DNA of 32,000 nucleotides, taken from NCBI GenBank assembly GCA_965219535.1, contig CBDCNV010000001.1, positions 120,001 through 152,000 of the forward strand. Reading direction: 5' to 3'. The notes beneath the pieces are model-generated. The model was not told the origin of the DNA. It ran no database searches and was given only the letters and a program-made list of their open reading frames with translations. The position numbers and the translations under genes are program-made. Position 1 is the first letter of the stretch; each line of letters starts with the position of its first letter. This DNA is from Opitutales bacterium. Lineage in GTDB: Bacteria > Verrucomicrobiota > Verrucomicrobiia > Opitutales > PNEW01. This document shows, piece after piece, positions 8,608-18,232 of the stretch.

Positions 8608-11600
8608 TCATTCAATCGTGATCTCATCGATTGTCACGGTGATATCCTCTCCATCCTCATTTGCGAACGTTGCATTGATGCTCTGTGTCGGTTGAGGGGT
8701 GTTATCGGACTTGAAATTGTTCTGGGTGATCAGGGTCTCGAACCCGGGGGTCGTCGATCCACTCTCCGCTACGACGATCGATGCGACGTTTGACTGTGCC
8801 AGGTCTCCACCTGTTATCCGCAACCCGGGGTTGCCCGCCGGCACGGTGAATGATCCTGTGCCAAACAATAAGTGTGGTACCGCATCGCCGCTGGCATCGA
8901 TGTCGCCTACAGTTAAGCGTACCGCGATCGGCACTCCGCGCGCGTCAACGCCAACCTTGCCTGTGCTCCCGCCGAATACAGTGTTCGATAACTGCATCCC
9001 TCCTATGCCTGAAGAGTTAATCACTTCTACCAATGACACGTCCGCTTGCGCATCATAGACCTGTCCCTCGGGGAAGAGCGCCTGGTTCACCGCGTTGATC
9101 GATCCGACGGTGAAGATACTGAAAAAGGTATTCGAATTAGCTCCATCGATGACCACACTTGGTTTACCGGTGACGTACTCCACTGCCTGATTGTAGCGCG
9201 GAGGTATAGCCGGAGGCAGGAAAGTGGCTGGGTCCAAGGTTATGGTAAAAGTCCCTGTGCCTGAAAACTCTACCTGTACTATGTCCTCGGTTTCATCCAT
9301 GAAGGAGACTCGTGTGATCTGTTCTTCCTTTGCCTGAAACTGAATGAATTCACCGGTGAGCAGGACCTGATCAAACACGTTCCCGTTAGGGTGCGCAATG
9401 TTTTCTCCCGCCACATCACCCGAGCCATCGAGAATTAATTTGGCGACCGATGATAATATAACATTATGCCGTCCACCAGCAGTTATGGATGTAACGTTTA
9501 CAACCCCCGCGGGTGCTTCGGCCTGCCCGGAATCATTGAGCCCCCACCCGATCACTTCCCCCGCAGCATCGAGCGCCAGATTGTGGTTTAATCCAGCCGC
9601 GATGGAGGTTACCGCACTCGCATTGAAGGCCACCGTTATTTCGTTTTTCGCGCTCAGGCTTGCCTGGGGCTGGGCTGCGTTAAATGGAATATCCAATTGC
9701 CCAAATGTATTATCACCCCAGGCTACCGTAACACTATCCTCGGTCAGCGCCAGGCTGTGGTTATCTCCTGCTGAGATTGCTGTCACATTCGACAGATCGG
9801 CAGGTACATCCGTCTGGCCGGAGTCATTCAGACCCCAAGCGACGACAGAGCCATCATTTTTTAAGGCCAGGTTATGAAACCCACCGGCCGCCAATGCAAA
9901 GACATCGGTCAGGTCTCCAGGGGGTGTTGCCTGGCCATGGTCATTATTACCCCAGCCGATAACAGTACCATTCGACAATAGAGCGAGGCTATGACTTCTT
10001 CCGGCAGACACTTCGATCACATCGCTTAATCCTGCAGGTACATCCGTCTGGCCGTTATCATTGTTACCCCAGGCGACTACGGTGCCATCCGCTATCACGG
10101 CTAAATTATGATCATACCCCGCATCCACATCGGTAACATTTACCACTTCATCGGGTATAGTCGATTGTCCCGCTTGGTCCCTGCCCCATCCGACTACGCT
10201 GCCGTCATTTCTCAAACCGATATTATGGTCCAGCCCGGCCGACACCTCGATCAGTTCGGGCGCGCCCTCTCCGCGAATAGCTCCCGGCACGCCACCTTGA
10301 TCAAAATCATCAGCACCATAGCCGGCTGCCGTTACCCTCGTTTCAATTTCCTCCTCCACAGGGGGATCACCATTTCCTGTTTGCCCGCCAGGTTCCTTAA
10401 AGTAGAAGCTGTTGTAAGTGAGATTTTGAAGGTCATGGTATTGCAGATCCAGGTTTGTTACGTCAGCCCAGGGAATGCTCTCACTGCTAAGGTCAAGATT
10501 TGTGATATTGCTGAGTTGATCGTTTAGTACTCGCGAAAAAGTAGGACCGCTTTGCCGCGTTATCCGGAATTGGAATCCGTTAACGGGAAAGGTAGGGGAA
10601 ATTTCATCACCGGTTGAAGGATCTCTATAGGTCCAGGAAACACTCTGGATATTATTGTTACTGTCGAGCATCACGGTAGGAAGGATAACCAAGTGATAAT
10701 CTTCAGCCATGGAAGTATCAAAATCAGTTGTAACATCCATGCCTTTATAACTTACGCTATAAGTGCCACTTGGTGGGTAAGGAGGAATACTTACACTGGG
10801 TATACCATAAAAGTTAACATCTTCACCCGGACTAAAAAAAACAGCTGGACTATTGTTGTATTGGGAGCCGTTGGGTCCGCTGAAGAACACCTGGTTCGGA
10901 TCGGGAAGTTCGGTGTCCACCACGCTAAAGTTAAGAAAATAATTTAAATTGGCAGGAAAACCTAGATCCACACCTACTAAACTTCCAGTGCGTGCTGTGA
11001 AATCACCACCGGATTGAAAAATCATACTGATAGAGGTATCGGGTGCGCTCTCACCAGTAGTACGAAATACAAGATCGGTCGTTGCGTTGAATCCCGCAAG
11101 ACCGGTAACGATTTCGACCGGGTTGCCAACGGTGTAATCTGTATCATTGATGTCGACGATATTGATAAAATTCAAAACCACTATGTAATCCGTTCCCGGT
11201 TGCAAGGTGCCCGCAGGAATGGTGACCGAGGTCGCTGTATAATCTAAACTTCCGGATTCAGGTGGAAGCGGAGTCTCAAAAACTATATCTCCATCCATAT
11301 AAGTTTCGATTTCCATGAGGATAAAATCCCCTGCATTTCCATTGGCAAAGGCATCCCAAGTAAGAGTAAAATCCTGGCTGGGATCTACTGCTTGCGTCTC
11401 CGCCAAATTAGTAATTCGAGGATCGTTCGGAAACCTTACGCCGTTAACCGGATCGGCATTTAAATTTAAAGTAGCGGATATGCTGCCATCGTTAGTGGCA
11501 ATTATATTCATGATGTATGCGCCATCGGGGTAATTAGAATCGAGATCAATGATCGAATCAAAGATTTGCACAGATTCCCACTCACCTTCAGATTCTTGGA

Positions 11601-11826
11601 CCAATGACTGAGGACTGCCGCCCGGAGGCGTTACCGTAGCGCTGATAATGGAATCAGGGGTAGTTCCAAATACTGAAACTTCGAAACTGTATTTATCAGC
11701 GGCTCGTGCATCTTTGAATATTACGTACAATTCTGCATCCGCAGCTTTAAGATTCGCTTCAAATAAAAACAGTATGGTAATTATAAGAGCAAAGATATGA
11801 GAGAGCGGTATGCGTTTAATTTTCAT
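8608..11826 (-). CDS. Large secreted protein (1072 aa): signal peptide, N-terminal beta-rich region, six RCC1-like repeats, then the conserved 275-aa C-terminal module
   Basis: Signal peptide 'MKIKRIPLSHIFALIITILFLFEANLKA'. Repeated '[GA]WG.N..GQ...P' units (GWGRDQAGQSTIP, AWGNNDNGQTDVP, GWGNNDHGQATPP, AWGLNDSGQTDVP, AWGDNTFGQLDIP, GWGLNDSGQAEAP). The C-terminus is shared with 18390..20507. Confidence 0.85.
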   Translation of the reverse strand: MKIKRIPLSHIFALIITILFLFEANLKAADAELYVIFKDARAADKYSFEVSVFGTTPDSIISATVTPPGGSPQSLVQESEGEWESVQIFDSIIDLDSNYPDGAYIMNIIATNDGSISATLNLNADPVNGVRFPNDPRITNLAETQAVDPSQDFTLTWDAFANGNAGDFILMEIETYMDGDIVFETPLPPESGSLDYTATSVTIPAGTLQPGTDYIVVLNFINIVDINDTDYTVGNPVEIVTGLAGFNATTDLVFRTTGESAPDTSISMIFQSGGDFTARTGSLVGVDLGFPANLNYFLNFSVVDTELPDPNQVFFSGPNGSQYNNSPAVFFSPGEDVNFYGIPSVSIPPYPPSGTYSVSYKGMDVTTDFDTSMAEDYHLVILPTVMLDSNNNIQSVSWTYRDPSTGDEISPTFPVNGFQFRITRQSGPTFSRVLNDQLSNITNLDLSSESIPWADVTNLDLQYHDLQNLTYNSFYFKEPGGQTGNGDPPVEEEIETRVTAAGYGADDFDQGGVPGAIRGEGAPELIEVSAGLDHNIGLRNDGSVVGWGRDQAGQSTIPDEVVNVTDVDAGYDHNLAVIADGTVVAWGNNDNGQTDVPAGLSDVIEVSAGRSHSLALLSNGTVIGWGNNDHGQATPPGDLTDVFALAAGGFHNLALKNDGSVVAWGLNDSGQTDVPADLSNVTAISAGDNHSLALTEDSVTVAWGDNTFGQLDIPFNAAQPQASLSAKNEITVAFNASAVTSIAAGLNHNLALDAAGEVIGWGLNDSGQAEAPAGVVNVTSITAGGRHNVILSSVAKLILDGSGDVAGENIAHPNGNVFDQVLLTGEFIQFQAKEEQITRVSFMDETEDIVQVEFSGTGTFTITLDPATFLPPAIPPRYNQAVEYVTGKPSVVIDGANSNTFFSIFTVGSINAVNQALFPEGQVYDAQADVSLVEVINSSGIGGMQLSNTVFGGSTGKVGVDARGVPIAVRLTVGDIDASGDAVPHLLFGTGSFTVPAGNPGLRITGGDLAQSNVASIVVAESGSTTPGFETLITQNNFKSDNTPQPTQSINATFANEDGEDITVTIDEITIE
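8611..9438 (-). other. Conserved C-terminal module, copy 1 (aa 798-1072, ends ...ATFANEDGEDITVTIDEITIE)
   Basis: My ungapped hand alignment with aa 431-705 of the 18390..20507 product gives 164/275 identical residues. Confidence 0.8.
9439..10296 (-). other. RCC1-repeat (beta-propeller) region of the 1072-aa protein (aa ~511-796)
   Basis: Six units of ~50 aa, each with 'AG..H..AL..DG.V..WG.N..GQ'. Confidence 0.8.
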
Positions 11827-12030
11827 AATCGGGAATGAATTAACTACATTTTTAAGGTGATTATCTTAATAGCCGACTGCGCGCGGTTAACCGAGTTTAT
11901 TGCTACAATAAGCCCATCCCGGCATCCCTTACATAAGGTGAATGAGTTATTCAGGTCAAGGCTCTCGACAACATAAACCCATGGCCCATGGCGTTGCCGA
12001 AAAGTGATAAGGAAACTGATCTCCATGTAA

Positions 12031-13620
12031 TCAGCTTACGCGCCTGAAACGCATAAAGAGGAAGAGACAACCCAATCCCATCAGCGCCCAGGTAGAGGGT
12101 TCGGGAACTACCTCCAGACTAAGGGAATTAGCGGCATAATGGGGATGAAAAAACAGGTTTCCGGAAAATCCGAATTCGTCGTCAATAGAACCAAATTCGC
12201 CAGACTTCAACCCCGTCCACGTGAGTACCTCAAAGCTCTGACCTAGTGTGGGGAATGTTTTCCCAAGCAATAGGATGTCCAGGTCGCCACTGCCAAAAGT
12301 CAGGTCTCCCATTATATTCAATTGGCCAAAGTCAATTCCGTCCACGATACTGATTTCTAACTTACTCCCCGCTTTAAATGTCAGGTCCCCTTCAATGTCT
12401 AAAGGGAAAACAGGATCGGGTGCGATCGTTCCAAAGTTTTCAATACTATCGATATCAAGAATCCCGTTTCCTTGAACCAGACCCAGATTAGTCAGGGTGA
12501 ACGCTTCTAATTCACTGATCAGTGATCCACTACCTGAAAGATTTAAAGTACCATTTAATCCTACCGTTACATCGTTAGTAACGATCACTTGACTACCCCC
12601 ATCGATACTCAATTGCCCCGTCCCCAGATTGGCTATAGCTAAATTGGATGCATTGATTGTCCCGCCCCCATTAACCGTTAAATTTGCATTATCCGAAGCT
12701 CCCAAGCTAAGTTGAATAGCGTTGTTTACGTCCAGTGTATTGCCAGCCATTCCAAAGGTTAGAGAATCGTTGGGAATATTTAGCCCGTCGACAGTCTGAC
12801 TAGTAACGAAGGAAACGAGATAATTGCTACCGGTCTGATTAAAATGGGCAATATCACCTGAACCGGGGGCGACACCGTCGACCCATTTAGTTCCATCGCC
12901 AAAATTTCCAGGGGCTGGACTAGCCCACAAAAAGGGAATATCGGTCAGCGCGGTTGAAATTTCGCTCGCTAGAAGCGGTCCATCCCAAATCCGGATTTCG
13001 TTAACGATACCCGCAGAAGCTTCTCCAAAACCCGTTGCAGAATCGTCCATAAAAAATGCAAATTGCGCGAATCCACTGTTGTCGAAGGCTATGGCTTGGC
13101 TGGTTGAATCAACAAAGGAGTACTCCGGTGTGGAGGAACCGTTCAGGTAAGCGGTATAAATATTATCAAGTGAGGAGCGAGTGAACACCACATTTATAAA
13201 TTCATCAGCTTGAATAATGCCCGATCCACCATTAGTGGGTGCGAAAAAACGTATATTATTGCTCCTTATATATTGACCTGAATCTGGGATGCGGTTTTTG
13301 AAATCAACAATTTTTTCCCAATCGCTTACTTCCTCAAAACTAAACTGAATCCCAATCGAATAATTATCTGCCAGGCTTAATGCGGTATCAAGAAACACGC
13401 CTTGGTTTGCGCCAAATGAGTAGCTGTTACTATTTATCGTCCCCCCATTATCGGTTAATACCGTACTGCTTAAACTGTCACTAAGATTGTTATCAAATTC
13501 AAATAAATGAACCAAGGTAACAGCTTGCACTCCACTCCATGCCAATGTGCTTATTAATAGTCCGCATCCAATTTTTTTTAGCTTATTTAAAGACATGGCG
13601 AAACAGTGAAATACATTCAT
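12031..13620 (-). CDS. PEP-CTERM-anchored secreted protein with an N-terminal LamG/concanavalin-like region and an autotransporter-like beta-helical repeat region
   Basis: C-terminus 'VVPEPSTWALMGLGCLFLFMRFRRVS' has the PEP motif, a TM helix and a basic tail. N-terminal signal 'KKIGCGLLISTLAWSGVQA'. 'NEIRIWDGPLLASEI' is typical of the end of a LamG-type domain. Repetitive 'GGGTINASNLAIANLGTGQLSIDGGSQVIV...LNLSGSGSL'. The start may instead be M9. Confidence 0.85.
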   Translation of the reverse strand: MNVFHCFAMSLNKLKKIGCGLLISTLAWSGVQAVTLVHLFEFDNNLSDSLSSTVLTDNGGTINSNSYSFGANQGVFLDTALSLADNYSIGIQFSFEEVSDWEKIVDFKNRIPDSGQYIRSNNIRFFAPTNGGSGIIQADEFINVVFTRSSLDNIYTAYLNGSSTPEYSFVDSTSQAIAFDNSGFAQFAFFMDDSATGFGEASAGIVNEIRIWDGPLLASEISTALTDIPFLWASPAPGNFGDGTKWVDGVAPGSGDIAHFNQTGSNYLVSFVTSQTVDGLNIPNDSLTFGMAGNTLDVNNAIQLSLGASDNANLTVNGGGTINASNLAIANLGTGQLSIDGGSQVIVTNDVTVGLNGTLNLSGSGSLISELEAFTLTNLGLVQGNGILDIDSIENFGTIAPDPVFPLDIEGDLTFKAGSKLEISIVDGIDFGQLNIMGDLTFGSGDLDILLLGKTFPTLGQSFEVLTWTGLKSGEFGSIDDEFGFSGNLFFHPHYAANSLSLEVVPEPSTWALMGLGCLFLFMRFRRVS

Positions 13621-13821
13621 TGAGAATCTGATTTCAAAACAGGTTAAAAATTATACTAGTAGCAAATAAACAAGATTAGGTAGTAGAAATATGATAACCT
13701 AAGACAGCCTAAGCTGTCAATGTTCATATGATTCAGGCTATGCCATTTTCGATAATAAGCGAGAGGCCAGGTTTCAGGAGAACCTTATATATTCTACTTG
13801 AGCCTGAGTAAGCGACCGGGA

Positions 13822-15054
13822 CTAAGGCTTATTCTCTTGTTGCTGGCTCAGCCAAAGCTCAGCCCCGCGTACGGATTCAGCAACTTGCGCTTCAGACATA
13901 TTCTCCTGCAGCAAGTTTAAGATTTCTTTAAATTCTGTCATACCTCCCGCGATAGCGAGGCTTATCCATTTGTAAGCTTCAATAAAATCGCGCTCCACCC
14001 CCTGGCCGTCAGCATACATCACTCCAAGGTTGTGTTGGGCTCCGGCGACTCCCCGTTCCGCTGCTTCGCGAAACCACTTGACGGCCTCTCCATAATCCTG
14101 AGTTACTCCCTCACCATCGCGATACATTACCCCAAGATTGTATTGGGCCTCTGTCATACCTTGTGCGGCCGCTTTGCGATACCAAGTTAAGGCTTCGGTA
14201 TAATCCTGAGTGACTTCCTCGCCCGTGTAATACATCGTCCCAAGGTTGTATTGGCTATCGGCGTGGCCCTGTTCGGCCGCTTTGCGATACCATGTCACCG
14301 CCTCGCTGTAATCCTGGGTTACCCCTTGAACATTATGATACATCCACCCAAGGTTGGATTGAGCTCCTGCGTCTCCCTGTTCGGCCGCTTTGCGATACCA
14401 CTTGAAAGCCTCATCATAAGACTGAGTAACCCCCAAGCCCTCTCTGTAGATCTCCCCGAGAGCAGTTTGGCCTTTGGCATTTCCCTGGTCCGCCGCTTTG
14501 CGAATCCAGGTTAAGGCTTCATCATAATCCTGGGTTATCCCCTGGCCCGCTGCGTAGATTACGCCGAGGGCAGTTTGGGCTTTGGCATCTCCCTGGTCTG
14601 CAGCCTTGCGATACCATGTGGTGGCTTCGGTGTAATCCTGCTCGACCCCTTGTCCTTTTTCATACATCGCTCCCAGTCTGTTTTGAGCTCGCATCGATCC
14701 CTGTTCTGCTGCCTTGCGTGTCCATGTGACAGCCGCGTTGTAATCCTGCTCTGCCCCTAGACCCTTTTCATACATCACCCCAAGGACGTATTGGGCTTTG
14801 ATGTAACCTTGTTCTGCGGCTTGGCGAATCCATTTTAAAGCTTCGCCAAAATCCTGAGTTACCCCCTCGCCAGCGTAATACCTCCCCCCGAGGTAATATT
14901 GCGCTTTAGCTTCACCCGTTTCTGCGCGCGTTATGATATCTGCTAATCGTTCATTCTCTACACCGACTACAGCAGAGGGCAGAATTAAGAACGCAATTAT
15001 TGAGCGCCAATATTTCACCCCTGTAAATAATTTAGCTATTTTTTCAGGCATCAT
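13822..15054 (-). CDS. Sel1-like repeat (SLR/TPR-like) protein with an N-terminal signal/anchor and nine 36-aa repeats
   Basis: Nine tandem units of the form 'AQ..LG.MY..G.GV.QDY.EA..WYRKAAEQG'. Hydrophobic N-terminus 'YWRSIIAFLILPSAVVG'. Confidence 0.9.
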   Translation of the reverse strand: MMPEKIAKLFTGVKYWRSIIAFLILPSAVVGVENERLADIITRAETGEAKAQYYLGGRYYAGEGVTQDFGEALKWIRQAAEQGYIKAQYVLGVMYEKGLGAEQDYNAAVTWTRKAAEQGSMRAQNRLGAMYEKGQGVEQDYTEATTWYRKAADQGDAKAQTALGVIYAAGQGITQDYDEALTWIRKAADQGNAKGQTALGEIYREGLGVTQSYDEAFKWYRKAAEQGDAGAQSNLGWMYHNVQGVTQDYSEAVTWYRKAAEQGHADSQYNLGTMYYTGEEVTQDYTEALTWYRKAAAQGMTEAQYNLGVMYRDGEGVTQDYGEAVKWFREAAERGVAGAQHNLGVMYADGQGVERDFIEAYKWISLAIAGGMTEFKEILNLLQENMSEAQVAESVRGAELWLSQQQENKP

Positions 15055-15268
15055 TTAGCTTGCTCAGCTTAAGGTGTTAAATAGGTGACTATGAAAGTGC
15101 AAGTTTGCAGCGCATCACCCAAATAAAATAAATCTTGAATTTATTAAACAGATTAAATGGCATTCTTAATGCCAAGTGATTTTAACTGGACAGGAAGTCA
15201 GCTACGGTCGAAGTTCCGGTTCGAAGATAACTTCCTCAACTTCCACCTAATTAGAGAAACAGAATAAC

Positions 15269-17257
15269 ATGACCAGCAACATTGATGGTAAGCTCGTATA
15301 CAAATCGGATAGTGAACTGCTCATTATCGAGCCATGGGGGCATGATGGATTAAGGGTCCGTGTAACCCCTAACTCTGAGGTCGCCGACAACGCCTGGGCG
15401 TTGACCGAACCGGTTACCCAACCAGCGGATTCGACGATTACGATCAATGATGACGAAGCGGTTATCCGAAACGGAAAGATCTCCGCATCGATAAGCGATA
15501 TATATACGCAACCTGGCTATCTCCAGTTTTTCCGCCACACGGGAGAGGGTCAGAAAACCTGCATCCTGAGTGAGCACGACTATGTCGTCCACGCGCACAA
15601 CCCGGGCACACGCACTTTCCAGGCTCGTGATGACGGGCTTTTTCATGCCGAAACAGATTTTACGGCGAGGGATGGGGAACGGCTTTACGGCATGGGGTTG
15701 AATGCGACGGGACGAGTGAATCTGAAAGGCAGCGTTATCGATCTTTACCAACGCCACGTGAAACACGTTGTGCCTTTTCTCGTTTCAAGTGAAGGCTACG
15801 GATTTCTCTGGAACAACCCCTCGCTCGGGCGCGCTGAATTTGGAAATAACAGAACCCGCTGGGTCGCTCGCGGCTGCAAGCAGATCGATTACTACATAAC
15901 GACCGGTGATTCTAACGCCGAGATCATGGAGCACTATGCCGACGCAACGGGTCACGCTCCGGTATTACCCTACTGGGCATCGGGATTCTGGCAGTGCAAG
16001 AACCGCTACAAAACCCAGGAGGAGTTTCTGGGGATTGCGCGGGAATTTAAGCGACTCAACCTTCCCCTCTCTGTTCTTGTCATCGACTTTTGCCACTGGA
16101 AAACGACGGGCGATTGGAGACTCGATCCGGAATTATGGCCGGATCCGGAAGCAATGGTTCGAGAGCTCGATGAGATGGGTGTTCGAATAATGATATCACC
16201 CTGGATCGTCGTAGACAAAACGAGTGAAAATTTCGAGCCGATGAAAAAGCAGGGACTGTTCACCGGCTCCATCGACGGGGAAAAGGACACCGTCAGGTTC
16301 GGCGGTATACCAGGTGAAGATCCTGAGAAGTACACCTACGATCCGACAAATCCGGCAGCGGCGGCTTATCTCTGGAGCAAGTGGAAAGAAAACTATTTCG
16401 ATATCGGAATCAAAACATTCTGGCTTGATCCCTCTGATGATTTTCACGCCATAGAAGACTACGATCAAGTGCTCTATCATATAGGACCAGCAGTTGAATC
16501 ACACTGCTACTTTCCCATTGCCCATCAGAAAAACATCTGCGAGGGATTGCATGCAGCTGGGGAACCTGAAGTCGTCACGATCTGCCGCAGTTCCTGGGCG
16601 GGTTCGCAACGCTATGGCGCCTCGCCGGCGGCACATGATATCATGGCATCTTTCGAACATCTTCACGAGTACATGTTGGCGGGGCTTAATTTATCGATGA
16701 GCGGTATTCCCTGGGGAGCGGCGGAAATCGGAGGATTTGTCAGCCTCGACAATACGAGCGACAAATTCCATGAACTGATGGTCCGCTGGTATCAGTACGG
16801 CGTTTTCACACCCATCTTTCGTACGCATAGTGTGCGTCCTAACAACGAAGCCTGGACTGTAGGAGGCGACACTTATCGGCACATCCGGGCGGCAATATTT
16901 CTCAGAGAACGACTGCGCCCCTACGTGATGGAACAAATGAAGTTGGCATCGGAGCGGGGAATCCCACCGATGCGTCCACTGTTCTTTGACTTTGAAAAGG
17001 ATTCCGTGGCTGTAGAGATTGAAGACCAGTTTCTCTTTGGTCCCGATCTCCTCGTGGCGCCCGTTACCCAGTATGAGCTACGCAGCCGTGAAGTGTATCT
17101 CCCGACCGGGTCCGAGTGGACCGATGCCTGGACAGGTGAGACGCAAAAAGGTGGTCAGAAAATCGAAGCGGACGCACCAATTGAAAAAATCCCCGTGTTC
17201 GTGCGCGGTAACAATGCCGAATTGGTCCGCTTATTTGACAATCTGTACGCAGAGTAA
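15269..17257 (+). CDS. Glycoside hydrolase family 31 (alpha-xylosidase/alpha-glucosidase type)
   Basis: 662 aa. 'GIKTFWLDPSDDF' is a W.D nucleophile-region analogue, and 'RWYQYGVFTPIFRTHS' and 'PLFFDF...QFLFGPDLLVAPV' are characteristic GH31 blocks. Confidence 0.8.
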   Translation: MTSNIDGKLVYKSDSELLIIEPWGHDGLRVRVTPNSEVADNAWALTEPVTQPADSTITINDDEAVIRNGKISASISDIYTQPGYLQFFRHTGEGQKTCILSEHDYVVHAHNPGTRTFQARDDGLFHAETDFTARDGERLYGMGLNATGRVNLKGSVIDLYQRHVKHVVPFLVSSEGYGFLWNNPSLGRAEFGNNRTRWVARGCKQIDYYITTGDSNAEIMEHYADATGHAPVLPYWASGFWQCKNRYKTQEEFLGIAREFKRLNLPLSVLVIDFCHWKTTGDWRLDPELWPDPEAMVRELDEMGVRIMISPWIVVDKTSENFEPMKKQGLFTGSIDGEKDTVRFGGIPGEDPEKYTYDPTNPAAAAYLWSKWKENYFDIGIKTFWLDPSDDFHAIEDYDQVLYHIGPAVESHCYFPIAHQKNICEGLHAAGEPEVVTICRSSWAGSQRYGASPAAHDIMASFEHLHEYMLAGLNLSMSGIPWGAAEIGGFVSLDNTSDKFHELMVRWYQYGVFTPIFRTHSVRPNNEAWTVGGDTYRHIRAAIFLRERLRPYVMEQMKLASERGIPPMRPLFFDFEKDSVAVEIEDQFLFGPDLLVAPVTQYELRSREVYLPTGSEWTDAWTGETQKGGQKIEADAPIEKIPVFVRGNNAELVRLFDNLYAE

Positions 17258-17519
17258 CGTGGTAGTCAAATGCGGTATCCGGCTAAACTGATATGATGTC
17301 ACTATAGATCGGGTATGTTGCCTCCCTCGTGTAAATAACTGGAGTCGGATATATAGATTATTCTTTAGCTGGTTTTCAGAAAAGTTGAATGCACCCGAAA
17401 TTCACTCATAAATTATTATTATAGTGTTATAGCTTTTAAATATGCTACCTTCGCCCCAGATCTGCGATTATCACAGTGTGGCATCGTTATTATGAATTGC
17501 ACCCCCTGTCCTACAAACA

Positions 17520-17756
17520 TCATTCGCTGATCTTATTTATTTCCTCGGTAATTTCTTCCAGCGATGGATTCAAATTATCTGTCATAAATATAATTTCTAC
17601 CACTTTTTCAGCGTACTCTTCCGGAATACCGCTATTCGAAAATTTTTTACTCAGCCAGGACAGAGGTGTTTTATATACACTGCCATAAATATTCTTACCA
17701 TCTCTAAAAACATCTACGATTGCTGGTATCAGGTTACTGGGTATCTTTTCATCCAT
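17520..17756 (-). CDS. Small hypothetical protein (78 aa) in an AT-rich gene-poor region
   Basis: This is the only ORF of 60 aa or more between 17258 and 18232. Its composition is plausible (acidic, helical-looking) and I recognise no homology. Confidence 0.35.
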   Translation of the reverse strand: MDEKIPSNLIPAIVDVFRDGKNIYGSVYKTPLSWLSKKFSNSGIPEEYAEKVVEIIFMTDNLNPSLEEITEEINKISE

Positions 17757-18232
17757 CTGAAATAAAACCTATCTGATAACACAGTTGGACATCAGCATTA
17801 CTCTCTCAATATTTGTTTTTAAATCTGATAATTGGTCATTCAATGTTCCGCATAAAGTGCTAAAGAGCAAGTGAACCGTGATATTTTAAAGTCAATGTCT
17901 CACTGTTGAGATTAATTTATCTTATGTTCTTAACCATTAGTAAGAGCGAATGTCACAAGGAATATAATAGATGATAACAGAGTTCAAGTTTGCATTGCTA
18001 AACTCTCATGGAATAAACGTAACCTCCGCTAAAACCGACAGGGCAATACCATAGGGGAACAATGACGATCCTCCCCCACCTATCCCAATTTGGAAGAGCA
18101 GATGACTTTTAAACCGCGGATTGGTCGCAAATGCGATATGACGTTAACTTCAATCGGTTAGTGATAGAAGAAAGTTCCTTTGACCACGTTATATCCCGAA
18201 TGAGGTCGTAAACTGTGCTTAAGGAAAATCAC

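Noticed and set aside
8173-8695. ORFs 8173..8544 (+), 8406..8627 (-) and 8417..8695 (+)
   Set aside because: They run across intergenic repeat elements A, C, D and B. Their peptides ('...SLRGAARRGNP...') are typical translations of the palindromic repeat, and there is no coding signal.
8611-9438. Shared C-terminal modules as DGR variable regions or as polymorphic-toxin C-termini with a downstream immunity gene
   Set aside because: Nucleotide differences between the two copies are of all types and are not adenine-specific. No reverse transcriptase or template repeat is present. In toxin systems the C-terminus is the variable part, whereas here it is the conserved part. Neither idea is supported.
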